A DNA stretch of 64,000 bases. Origin: Actinomycetes bacterium (GTDB lineage Bacteria > Actinomycetota > Coriobacteriia > Coriobacteriales > JAEZXW01). The stretch lies in NCBI GenBank assembly GCA_023419515.1, contig JAEZXW010000028.1, forward strand, positions 6,411 through 70,410. Reading direction: 5' to 3'. The number at the start of each line of letters is the position of its first letter. Position 1 is the first letter of the stretch. The notes under the pieces were generated by a model. The model saw only the letters and a list, made by a program, of their open reading frames with translations, ran no database searches and was not told the origin of the DNA. Shown here one piece after another: positions 35,683 to 43,804 of the stretch. The position numbers were made by a program, and so were the translations under genes.

Positions 35683-35804
35683 GTATTTGGTTGAGATTGA
35701 AGGTTGTTTGAATCAATAAAATTTCTGGCGAGTATTTGGGTGATTTTGTTCCGCTCAGTTCAATAAAATCGCTGGTATATCATATTGTTTTACCGATAGC
35801 TTGA

Positions 35805-35834
35805 GCGCCGGGAGACCATCTCGGCGCTTTTTAT
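35805..35834 (+). terminator. Rho-independent terminator about 120 nt downstream of serS
   Basis: GCGCCG-(11 nt)-CGGCGC followed by TTTTTAT. Confidence 0.7.
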
Positions 35835-35858
35835 TTACTCAAAAATTCTCTTCAATTA

Positions 35859-35872
35859 CGAACAATTGTTCG
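35859..35872. promoter_or_regulatory. Perfect 14-bp palindrome upstream of an orphan gene
   Basis: CGAACAATTGTTCG, flanked on both sides by TCAATT, about 50 nt upstream of ATG 35922. Confidence 0.4.
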
Positions 35873-35921
35873 CTCAATTTTGATAGGATGAAATCCACAA
35901 TTTTGAGGAGAGGAGAAGATT

Positions 35922-36473
35922 ATGAGCGGGGCAAGTAGCGTAGCAAAAACGGATGATGCCAGGCAGACAACAGCAGATGATGTTCGGCAGGTGAGCGGTG
36001 TGCAGTCGGTACGAAGTGATCGGCAGGTTCGGGGCGTTCAACAGATACGAGGCAATCAGCGGACAAGTGGTAATCAGCGAGTAGGCACTGCTCGGCGCCG
36101 ACTCGATTACCCCAAGGCAAAGCTCGTGCAACAGATGATTTTGGGATGTGAGTCAGATCCCGATTCACACCAGATGAGCTTTGCCTGTGTATTTGCCGAT
36201 CAGTCGCTCTTGGTGTGTCAAGAGCTAGCTGGTGATATGTGTCGTGCTGCGTTTGGAGCGCAAGAGATTTGTCAGGCGCTGGTAGTGTCTCCTGTTGAGG
36301 TACATAAGTTGCGGCAGGCGCTCGGTTGCGACGGCACTCATGATTTGCTTGTCGCTCTGTATGATCGCTGCGCAGGCCCAGAAGCCTTTTTGCTGGCAGA
36401 AGAGATCTTTGATGAGCTGGAAATTGCCTATGCGTGTGATGTCAAGCGTGGCAGGCTTGCTTGGGCGGGCTAG
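35922..36473 (+). CDS. Hypothetical Cys-rich protein with a degenerate N-terminal repeat; possible degenerate LuxR/GerE-like HTH
   Basis: Strong SD GAGGAGAGGAG. The N-terminus has repeats (DDARQ / DDVRQVSGVQ / SDRQVRGVQQ / GNQR x2). The C-terminal part EICQALVVSPVEVHKLRQALG loosely resembles a GerE-type HTH. No confident family was assigned. Confidence 0.5.
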   Translation: MSGASSVAKTDDARQTTADDVRQVSGVQSVRSDRQVRGVQQIRGNQRTSGNQRVGTARRRLDYPKAKLVQQMILGCESDPDSHQMSFACVFADQSLLVCQELAGDMCRAAFGAQEICQALVVSPVEVHKLRQALGCDGTHDLLVALYDRCAGPEAFLLAEEIFDELEIAYACDVKRGRLAWAG

Positions 36474-36476
36474 CGC

Positions 36477-37424
36477 CTAATCATCAATATCGCAGCGCTC
36501 GTCAGCACTGATCTGGCGGCCAGAATAGTTTTTGCCCTTGGTGACCTCGAGCATGTTTTTGCCGCTTACAAAGGCATAAAAAGCTGTGGGATAGCTTGAG
36601 AGCGCGTGATCAAAAAGCTCATAGAACGAGGCAGTGGAGCAAGTCTGCGTAAAGGGGTTGATCCACTCCTTTTGAGTGGCATTCACGCAGCCCGGATGTG
36701 GTTTGACGTGTGGTCGATGCGCAATTGCTTGCATGAGCGAGTGCTTGCGCGTTAGACGCTCAATATTGCCAAAGATTCTCTGACGCTTGCCGTTAGCTGT
36801 GTCAACGAGTCGATAAATGAGTCGCATGCGCTTAAAGGCGACCTCAAAATCGTGCTGATCGAGCTTGATCTCAAAGACGGAGCGAGCAACGAATGCATGC
36901 ATCTTGCCAGCGATAGCAAGGGTACGAGCTGAAGCGTCGAGCAGCCCGTGAGGATATTCTTCGCCGATGCCAGCACCGGGGCGCATGCGCTGCAAGATTG
37001 CCATGTCGATATCACTTTCAAGCACGGCATGTAGGGGGCCTTGAGCATCAGCTAGCTCGTCGTTGGCGCAAGTGAGTGCAAATTGTTGAGCGTAGACAAG
37101 GGGGTGACAGGTTCGATCGAGGATGTAGTGACCAAGCAAGCCAAGGGCATATGCCTGGGCGATCTTTCGCTCGTCGTCGGTAGAAAAGAGGTTGATCGAC
37201 TCACGATAAGCATCAAATGCTTTACCCATGAGTTCACGGTGTAGTGCCTTGCCAAATAAATCGCACGATTGGGCGCGAGCGCCAAAGACACAAAAGAAAA
37301 AGGGATCAGGGCCTTGGTTGCCGATGACAAAAGCAGCCTGCTCTTCTTTGGTTGAAATACGTTTGCGATCAATGGTGACTAACGCTTCGTGGGCAAAGAT
37401 GCCGTGCGTTATAATCGCGGGCAT
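36477..37424 (-). CDS. Zinc-dependent phospholipase C-like family protein
   Basis: MPAIITHGIFAHEAL.., GNQGPDPFFF, LLGHYILDRTCHPLVY. The pattern is typical of the Zn_dep_PLPC-like family. Recognised by eye only. Confidence 0.55.
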   Translation of the reverse strand: MPAIITHGIFAHEALVTIDRKRISTKEEQAAFVIGNQGPDPFFFCVFGARAQSCDLFGKALHRELMGKAFDAYRESINLFSTDDERKIAQAYALGLLGHYILDRTCHPLVYAQQFALTCANDELADAQGPLHAVLESDIDMAILQRMRPGAGIGEEYPHGLLDASARTLAIAGKMHAFVARSVFEIKLDQHDFEVAFKRMRLIYRLVDTANGKRQRIFGNIERLTRKHSLMQAIAHRPHVKPHPGCVNATQKEWINPFTQTCSTASFYELFDHALSSYPTAFYAFVSGKNMLEVTKGKNYSGRQISADERCDIDD

Positions 37425-37598
37425 ACTGTCCTCCTTAGTATGGGTATGTAGTAGGCGTCATGTTACGCGCGCGCCTCATACCACATGGGCATAGTGTAGC
37501 GTGTTTTAGGTAGAAACTAAAAGATCGTACGGATCAGCCGATAAGCGGCTGCTAGACTATGACAGGCATAATTTTTTCAAGGTCAAAGCTGGTGAGCA

Positions 37599-38882
37599 GT
37601 GGAACAAGATAAAAATATGCAGGCAGCAGCCGGCAATAAAAAGCGTCGATACACCAAACTTGAACGTGATTGGGTGTTTTATGACGTTGGTAACTCAGCT
37701 TACGTGCTGCTTGCCGCAAGTGTTATGCCCATCTACTTTGCATCGATCAGTCCAGGTAACAATGTAGTCTATTGGGGCTATACTGAGACCATTGCAAGCC
37801 TCGTTGTTGCGCTCTTGATGCCAGTTCTTGGCTCGCTCGCCGATTTTAAGGGCAACAAGATCAAATTTTTCTGGGGCTTTGCGTTGACGGGTATCGTTGC
37901 GTGTGCGGCACTCTCGATGACGACCTGGTGGCTACTCTTTTTAGCGATCTACATTCTAAGCTCGATTGGCATTAACTCATCCATGGTCTTTTATGACGCC
38001 ATGCTTGTTGACGTCACTGAAGACGATCGCATGGATCAGGTTTCATCCCATGGCTATGCCTGGGGATACATCGGATCGACCATTCCGTTTTTGGTTTGCC
38101 TTGCGCTCATTTTTGGTGGCTCGTATATCGGCGTTTCATCAGAGTGGGCAACAAGGATTTCATTTGTGATCATGGCAGTGTGGTGGCTTGCGTTTACCAT
38201 TCCACTACTTAAGAGCTACGAGCAAATTCACTATAAAGAGCATGTTCCCCATGAGGTCAGTAATGCACTGCACTTGTTTATGGCGACAATCAAAAAGATC
38301 CTCGCGGACAAAAACATCTCGATGTTCATGCTTGCGTACTTCTTCTACATCGATGGCGTGCATACCATTATCAAGATGGCAACCTCATACGGTGCATCGC
38401 TTGGCATTGATTCAGCTCACCTCGTGCTGGCGCTCTTGGTTACCCAGTTCGTTGGTTTTCCTGCAGCGCTTTTGTATGGCCAGTTTGCCAAGCGCTTTGG
38501 CGTTCGCAACATGATTCTCGTGGCGATTGCCGCCTATATGATGATAACGATCTTCGCAGCTTTTGGCCTGCAGTCTGCTCGAGAGTTCTGGGTTCTTGCG
38601 GTTCTTGTCGGTCTTTTCCAGGGCGGTATCCAGGCGCTTTCGCGCAGCTATTTGGGTCGCATCATCCCCAAAAAGAACGCCAATGAGTTCTACGGCTTCT
38701 TTGATATTTTTGGTAAGTATGCAGCGGTACTCGGCACCTTCTTGATGAGTGGCGTAACTCAGTTTACAGGCAATGCCTCTTGGGGCATCCTTTCGGTTGC
38801 AGCGCTCTTTGCGATCGGTCTCGTGATCTTTGTAGTTACGCCTGATCCGCTCAAGAAAAAGCCAGAGGGGCTCAGCGCCTAA
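37599..38882 (+). CDS. MFS transporter (UMF1/Atg22-like)
   Basis: 12 TM helices. LERDWVFYDVGNSAYVLLAASVMPIYF is typical of the family. The start is GTG 37599 or ATG 37617. Confidence 0.7.
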   Translation: MEQDKNMQAAAGNKKRRYTKLERDWVFYDVGNSAYVLLAASVMPIYFASISPGNNVVYWGYTETIASLVVALLMPVLGSLADFKGNKIKFFWGFALTGIVACAALSMTTWWLLFLAIYILSSIGINSSMVFYDAMLVDVTEDDRMDQVSSHGYAWGYIGSTIPFLVCLALIFGGSYIGVSSEWATRISFVIMAVWWLAFTIPLLKSYEQIHYKEHVPHEVSNALHLFMATIKKILADKNISMFMLAYFFYIDGVHTIIKMATSYGASLGIDSAHLVLALLVTQFVGFPAALLYGQFAKRFGVRNMILVAIAAYMMITIFAAFGLQSAREFWVLAVLVGLFQGGIQALSRSYLGRIIPKKNANEFYGFFDIFGKYAAVLGTFLMSGVTQFTGNASWGILSVAALFAIGLVIFVVTPDPLKKKPEGLSA

Positions 38883-38931
38883 GCAATATTGGTTATTTTG
38901 ATCGCCACATGATGTGACGGAGGTTTTGAAC

Positions 38932-39549
38932 ATGAGTCCTGAGATGAACTTAGACAGCGTACGCGGTGCCTACCGCGCAAACCGCTCGCTCTTTATTGCG
39001 CAAACCGGCATAATTGCTGCACTCTATGCCGGCTTTACCCTGATTTGCATGCTCTATCTGGGAAGCCTCGCCTGGGGTCCTGTGCAGTTCCGCTTGAGCG
39101 AGGCGCTCGTGGTGCTTGCATTGCTGACACCCGCTGCGGTTCCGGGGCTTACCCTCGGTTGTGTTCTCGCAAATCTCATTGCCATTCCGCTGATGGGCTC
39201 TGGCATTCTCGGCATGCTCGATGTCGTCTTTGGTTCTACCGCCACCCTTATCGGCGTGCTTGCTATGCGTGCTCTTGCTGATAAAAACGTGCTGCTTGCT
39301 CTCCTTGGTCCGGTGGTCGCAAATGCTCTGATCGTCCCAGCGTATCTTCCAATCATCCTCCAAGGTATCGGTTTTTACACCATTCCATTTACCGATATTG
39401 CGCTCGATGGCGTTTACATCTACATGTACCTCTTTGGTGTAGCCTCGGTTGGTTTGGGTGAGGCGGTCGTCGTCTACCTCCTCGGCCTCGTCTTGTATCG
39501 TGCGCTCGTCAAGAGTAATGTGTTGTCACTCGCTCGTTCTTCGCGCTAA
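38932..39549 (+). CDS. queT: QueT-family (queuosine precursor ECF S-component-like) membrane protein
   Basis: GGAGG lies 8 nt before ATG 38932. SLFIAQTGIIAALYAGFTLI..WGPVQFRLSEALVVLALLTPAAVPGLTLGCVLANL. Confidence 0.7.
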   Translation: MSPEMNLDSVRGAYRANRSLFIAQTGIIAALYAGFTLICMLYLGSLAWGPVQFRLSEALVVLALLTPAAVPGLTLGCVLANLIAIPLMGSGILGMLDVVFGSTATLIGVLAMRALADKNVLLALLGPVVANALIVPAYLPIILQGIGFYTIPFTDIALDGVYIYMYLFGVASVGLGEAVVVYLLGLVLYRALVKSNVLSLARSSR

Positions 39550-39569
39550 CAAAAGGGCGGTGGTGTGAC

Positions 39570-40790
39570 GTGAAACCGCTGGTAATTATCCCAACTTATT
39601 GGTCGAGCAAACCTGATGCTTCGCTTGATGAGGTTTCGGCGCTTGTCCTTGATCAATATGCCTACGATCACACGACCCATCTTGATGATCCACAACCAGC
39701 ACTTGCGCGCTGCCTTGATTCGCTCGGGCAGGTTCATGGCATTGAGCAGATCGCGGTTTTGTTGGTATGCTCGGCAGAGGATGAAGCAAGAGCAACCAGT
39801 ACCGTTCAGCAGATCCTCGATGATCACCCTAGCTTAAAGACGATCTTGATTAGCCCTCAAAAAGCGCATGCAATGAGGCAAGTCTTTGAGCGGGTGACCG
39901 AGGTCAGTGTTGGTGGTGACCCAGTCTCGTTGCGCGGTTATGGCGCCATCCGTAATGTCGGTTTGGCAACGGGTGCTATTCTAGGCTGTGATGTCGTTGT
40001 CTTTTTGGACGATGATGAGGTTGTACTCGATGAGATGTTTCTCATGCAGGCAATCTATGGTCTCGGTCAAAAAACGAGGGCTGGCTTGCCTGTATTGGTT
40101 AAGTCGGGCTACTTTATCACCAAGACCAACGATTCATACGCACCGCGCCGCAACCAAAAGTGGTATAACCGCTACTGGGATAAGCATACGGCGTTTAACC
40201 AGTGGATGAAGCATGCGCTTTCGACCAGTCGTATTTCTCGTTCAAATATTTTGACGGGCGGTTGCTGTGCTATTCATGCTCACGCGTTCATGCAGGTCGC
40301 CTTTGATCCGTGGATTACCCGCGGCGAGGACTTTGATTACCTCCTTAACCTAAGGTTTTATGGGATTGATACCTGGTTTGATAACCAGTGGAAGGTAAAG
40401 CATCTGCCACCTCAAGCCCCGATGAGTGCTCCGCGTTTTTATCACGACATGTTTCGCTGGGGATATGAGGCAAGCAAGATCGAATACATGAACAGTCAGA
40501 TCGACCTCAAGCGAGTGCCGATCGATTCACTTATGCCATATCCTGGCCCTTGGCTGTCTCCGCGCGTTGTCAGCGATGCGAGAAAAACAGCGCTATTGCG
40601 CGCCATTGGCATCCCTCGTGAGCGCTCGCTTTACTTCCAAATCTTTCTGGAAGGGCCTCAGGCTTTGAACTCGTATGTCACGATGAAGTCACATAACTAT
40701 CTTGCGCTGCAGTCTCAGTGGCGCCGATTTATGGAACACATCTGGGAGCACAAGGATTTGGCTCACGTTTTGATTCCTCCTCGTGCGTAG
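39570..40790 (+). CDS. GT-A fold (GT2-like) glycosyltransferase-like protein, orphan
   Basis: LVIIPTYWS, VVVFLDDDEV (DxD), GGCCAIHAHAF, RGEDFDYLLNLRFYG. No TM helices. Confidence 0.55.
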   Translation: MKPLVIIPTYWSSKPDASLDEVSALVLDQYAYDHTTHLDDPQPALARCLDSLGQVHGIEQIAVLLVCSAEDEARATSTVQQILDDHPSLKTILISPQKAHAMRQVFERVTEVSVGGDPVSLRGYGAIRNVGLATGAILGCDVVVFLDDDEVVLDEMFLMQAIYGLGQKTRAGLPVLVKSGYFITKTNDSYAPRRNQKWYNRYWDKHTAFNQWMKHALSTSRISRSNILTGGCCAIHAHAFMQVAFDPWITRGEDFDYLLNLRFYGIDTWFDNQWKVKHLPPQAPMSAPRFYHDMFRWGYEASKIEYMNSQIDLKRVPIDSLMPYPGPWLSPRVVSDARKTALLRAIGIPRERSLYFQIFLEGPQALNSYVTMKSHNYLALQSQWRRFMEHIWEHKDLAHVLIPPRA

Positions 40791-40804
40791 GCTGTTGCAG
40801 GGCA

Positions 40805-40890
40805 TTACACGAAAGAATTTACACGAGAGAGTCTGTACGAGAGTTCACTCGAGAGAGTCAGTAAGAAAGCGTTTGTAAGAGAGTTCGTGG
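40805..40890 (+). repeat. GAGAG-rich degenerate direct-repeat array (~14-nt period, ~6 units) immediately upstream of the TSUP-LytS-LytTR operon
   Basis: TTACACGA occurs at 40805 and 40819. The heptamer A(C/A)GA(G/A)AG occurs at 40809, 40823, 40837, 40863 and 40877. CACGAGAGAGTCTGTA (40822-37) matches CTCGAGAGAGTCAGTA (40848-63) at 14/16. GTACGAGAGTTC (40835-46) matches GTAAGAGAGTTC (40875-86) at 11/12. Confidence 0.6.
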
Positions 40891-40894
40891 TTGC

Positions 40895-41737
40895 ATGCTT
40901 GTCGTCTTAGCACTCTTTGGCTTTGTGGTGGGCGTGCTCTCGGCACTCTTTGGTATTGGCGGCGGCGTTGTGATGGTACCGTTTTTGCGTATGGCGCTTT
41001 CGCTTGCAGCCCCCGTGGCCTCTGCGACCTCACTTGCTGCTATTTTGCCGACCTCCGTGGTTGGTGCGTGGGCTCGCTCAAAGTCGGGTGATATCGACAT
41101 CTTTTTAGGTACTACGATCGGCCTTAGTGGCGTGCTGAGTGCACCGCTCGGAGCTTGGTTGGCTGGTAGCCTCCCTGGCTGGATCGCCATGGCGGCAACG
41201 TCGGTGCTGATGTTGGGAGCCGCCGTGAGCGTATGGCATCGCATGCGGCATCCACACCCACAGGCACATCAGTCGAGCACCTGCACCGATCGAACTGCCG
41301 CTCTGTCTGGTTCCGCTTGGCAGTCACACTCACGCACCGTATCCCATCCACGCTCGCGTACTGTCACTATCGGGCTTTGTCTCGGTGTCATCGCAGGGTT
41401 TCTCTCGGGCTACCTCGGCATCGGCGGTGGCTTTGTGATCGTACCTCTGCTCATCCGCTTTTTTAATCTTTCCATCCAAAAGGCAAGCGCAACATCGCTT
41501 GTTTCGATTGCCATTCTTGGTATTCCCGGTTGCATTGTCCATACTCTTATGGGTCATGTCTTGTGGCTTGAAGCGGGGCTTTTAATTGTTGGTTCGGTGC
41601 TTGGTGCTCAGGTTGGTGCTTGGGTTGCCATCCGGCTCGATACAAGGCGATACACGCAACTTTTTGTTATTGTTTTGATGATATTTGCGGTGTCGTTGGT
41701 GCTCTATGAGCTAAAGGTCGGGGGCTATGAATTCTAA
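40895..41737 (+). CDS. TSUP (TauE/SafE, DUF81) family anion exporter-like membrane protein
   Basis: FGIGGGVVMVPFL and YLGIGGGFVIVPLL are duplicated half-motifs. A His/Ser-rich central loop is present (HRMRHPHPQAHQSS..HSRTVSHPRSR). Confidence 0.8.
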   Translation: MLVVLALFGFVVGVLSALFGIGGGVVMVPFLRMALSLAAPVASATSLAAILPTSVVGAWARSKSGDIDIFLGTTIGLSGVLSAPLGAWLAGSLPGWIAMAATSVLMLGAAVSVWHRMRHPHPQAHQSSTCTDRTAALSGSAWQSHSRTVSHPRSRTVTIGLCLGVIAGFLSGYLGIGGGFVIVPLLIRFFNLSIQKASATSLVSIAILGIPGCIVHTLMGHVLWLEAGLLIVGSVLGAQVGAWVAIRLDTRRYTQLFVIVLMIFAVSLVLYELKVGGYEF

Positions 41738-43061
41738 ACGAAGCGCGATGTTTGAAACAATTCTCATGACCATCGTCGCCCTGTTGGTACTGGTGTTGGT
41801 CTGGGGTTTGTTGAGCGATGACGTGGCGATCATGATCCCGGCAACTGCTGCGGGTGGCTTGGTGGTCATCGGCTTTGCGATGATTCGCTTTACGCTCTCG
41901 CCCGATCGCGTGCGTGCCAACCAAACCAAGCGCACACTTAAGCTCGCGAGTAAAACCCTCGAGTACATGCGCACAGGCTTGTCGCCCAAAAATGCCCAAG
42001 AAGTCTGCAAGCTTTTGCTCCCTGAGACTCAAGGCATCACTGTGGCGATCACCGATCATGAAGAGGTGCTCGGTGTAGCGGGAGAGATACTCGAGCATGT
42101 TTATGTTGGGTCACGGATCAAAACCCGAGCGGCTCAGCAAGTCTTGGCCTCAAAAGAACTGGTGGTTGTTACAAAGCCGCAGGACATTGGTCCCATCGAA
42201 AACACCAAGTCAGATACGATTCCCGGCGCCATCGTCGCAGCACTCGTGGTTCAAGACAGGTGCGTTGGTACTCTCAAGATCTACTATGAGGCTCCGCATT
42301 TGATCGATAAAACCCAGGTCGCCATCGCCCGCGGCTTGGCAAAGCTCCTCTCAACCCAGCTTTCACTTGCAGAGCTCGATCGTCAGTCAGATCTCGCTCG
42401 CGATGCCGAACTTAAAGCGCTCCAATCTCAGATTAACCCGCATTTCTTATTCAATACTCTCAACACGATCGCAGCGCTGATTCGTACCGATCCGCGAAAT
42501 GCCCGCCTACTCGTGCGTGAATTTTCTCGCTTTTATCGACAGACGCTCGAAAACTCGCATGATTTCATCCCGCTTGAGCGTGAAATTGAACAAACCATGC
42601 GCTACATGCGAATCGAGATCGCGCGCTTTGGAGAGGATCGCGTCGCGCTTGAGTCTGATGTTGCGCCCGAGACAGAGGACATCAAGATTCCTGCGTTTAT
42701 CATCCAGCCCATCGTAGAAAACTCAGTGCAACATGCCATGCCGTCTGAGGGCCGCCTTACGATTTCGGTTCAAACATGGAAAGATCACGATGATCTGGTA
42801 ATCTCTGTAGCAGATAACGGTGTTGGTATGGACGAGCAGACGCTCCAGTCGCTCGTGTCGCCAACAGCATCTGAGAAGGGCACAGGCATCGCGCTTATGA
42901 ACGTTAAAGAGCGCCTCAAGGCCTTTTTTGGAACCGATTCTGCGATTACCATCGCCGCAGACGAGGGCTGTGGCACGGTGGTAAATATGCGTCTTTCTCA
43001 GGCGTACAAGCGTAAACAGGACGAAATGGAGACCGACCATGCTGCAGGCACTGATAGTTGA
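41727..43061 (+). CDS. LytS/YehU-type sensor histidine kinase (2 TM + GAF-like + His_kinase + HATPase)
   Basis: LKALQSQINPHFLFNTLNTIAALIR, FIIQPIVENSVQHA, DNGVGMD, GTGIALMNVKERL. It overlaps the TSUP gene by 11 nt. Confidence 0.85.
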   Translation: MNSKRSAMFETILMTIVALLVLVLVWGLLSDDVAIMIPATAAGGLVVIGFAMIRFTLSPDRVRANQTKRTLKLASKTLEYMRTGLSPKNAQEVCKLLLPETQGITVAITDHEEVLGVAGEILEHVYVGSRIKTRAAQQVLASKELVVVTKPQDIGPIENTKSDTIPGAIVAALVVQDRCVGTLKIYYEAPHLIDKTQVAIARGLAKLLSTQLSLAELDRQSDLARDAELKALQSQINPHFLFNTLNTIAALIRTDPRNARLLVREFSRFYRQTLENSHDFIPLEREIEQTMRYMRIEIARFGEDRVALESDVAPETEDIKIPAFIIQPIVENSVQHAMPSEGRLTISVQTWKDHDDLVISVADNGVGMDEQTLQSLVSPTASEKGTGIALMNVKERLKAFFGTDSAITIAADEGCGTVVNMRLSQAYKRKQDEMETDHAAGTDS

Positions 43062-43752
43062 TGATGAAGCCCCCGCGCGCTCTGAGCTGTCATTTTTGCT
43101 TGAGGATGGCAATCTTGCCGAGGTTGCGGGTGAGGCGAGCTCTGTCAAAGAGGCAATTGAGCTTTTGAAGAATAAGCGCTGTGACGTAATCTTTTTGGAT
43201 ATCAACATGCCAGGGGTCACGGGTATGCAGTTTGCTGAAGCAATCGCAAAGCTCAAAAACCCTCCATTCGTTATCTTTGTGACTGCCTACAGCGAATATG
43301 CTGCCGACGCGTTTGGTGTGAATGCTACCGATTATCTGGTCAAGCCAGTTGAGGAGGAGCGCTTGATCCAAGCGATCAACAAGGTGCTCTCCCAGCTTTC
43401 GGTGCAAAGCAAGCGACAGGATCAGGATCGTATTTCGGTCGAGAAAAATGGCAAGAAGATTTTGGTGCCAACCGATCAGATTCATTTCATCATGGCAAAG
43501 GACGATTACTCCTATCTGCATACAGAGTCCGATCGCTATCTTTCGACGATTTCGCTCGCTCAGCTTGAGGAGCGCTTGGCAGAAAGCGGCTTTTATCGTG
43601 TACATCGTCGCTATCTTGTAAATCTCGCATGTGTCGAGGAGGTTGAGTCGGTACCAGGTGGCACGCTGCTCTTGACGCTCAAGGGTGAGCAGGAGCAGAT
43701 TCCGGTATCGCGCCGACGTGTCTCGGCACTCAAGAAAGTTTTGGGGCTGTAG
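43039..43752 (+). CDS. LytTR-family response regulator
   Basis: REC domain (LIVDDE..DVIFLDINMPG..VTAY..A..DYLVKP) plus a LytTR domain (ILVPTDQIHFIMAKDDYSYLHT..FYRVHRRYLVNL). Confidence 0.9.
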   Translation: MLQALIVDDEAPARSELSFLLEDGNLAEVAGEASSVKEAIELLKNKRCDVIFLDINMPGVTGMQFAEAIAKLKNPPFVIFVTAYSEYAADAFGVNATDYLVKPVEEERLIQAINKVLSQLSVQSKRQDQDRISVEKNGKKILVPTDQIHFIMAKDDYSYLHTESDRYLSTISLAQLEERLAESGFYRVHRRYLVNLACVEEVESVPGGTLLLTLKGEQEQIPVSRRRVSALKKVLGL

Positions 43753-43804
43753 GGGTTCTGTTCAGCTAAAACATGTAGTCCAGAGTGAGTGTGGCGCAGT
43801 AGTC

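Noticed and set aside
38883-38931. A possible preQ1 riboswitch upstream of queT.
   Set aside because: Only ~50 nt are available, and they lack the preQ1-I hairpin followed by the A-rich ..AAAAAACTA.. tail and any preQ1-II features. queT may be co-transcribed with the upstream MFS gene.
42723-43256. A 177-aa minus-strand ORF across the lytS/lytT junction. Similar long antisense ORFs occur at 4626-5216, 13721-14263 and 59011-59556.
   Set aside because: All are antisense to genes with strong family signatures. They lack SD sequences and motifs and have Arg/Ser/Leu-rich shadow-frame composition.
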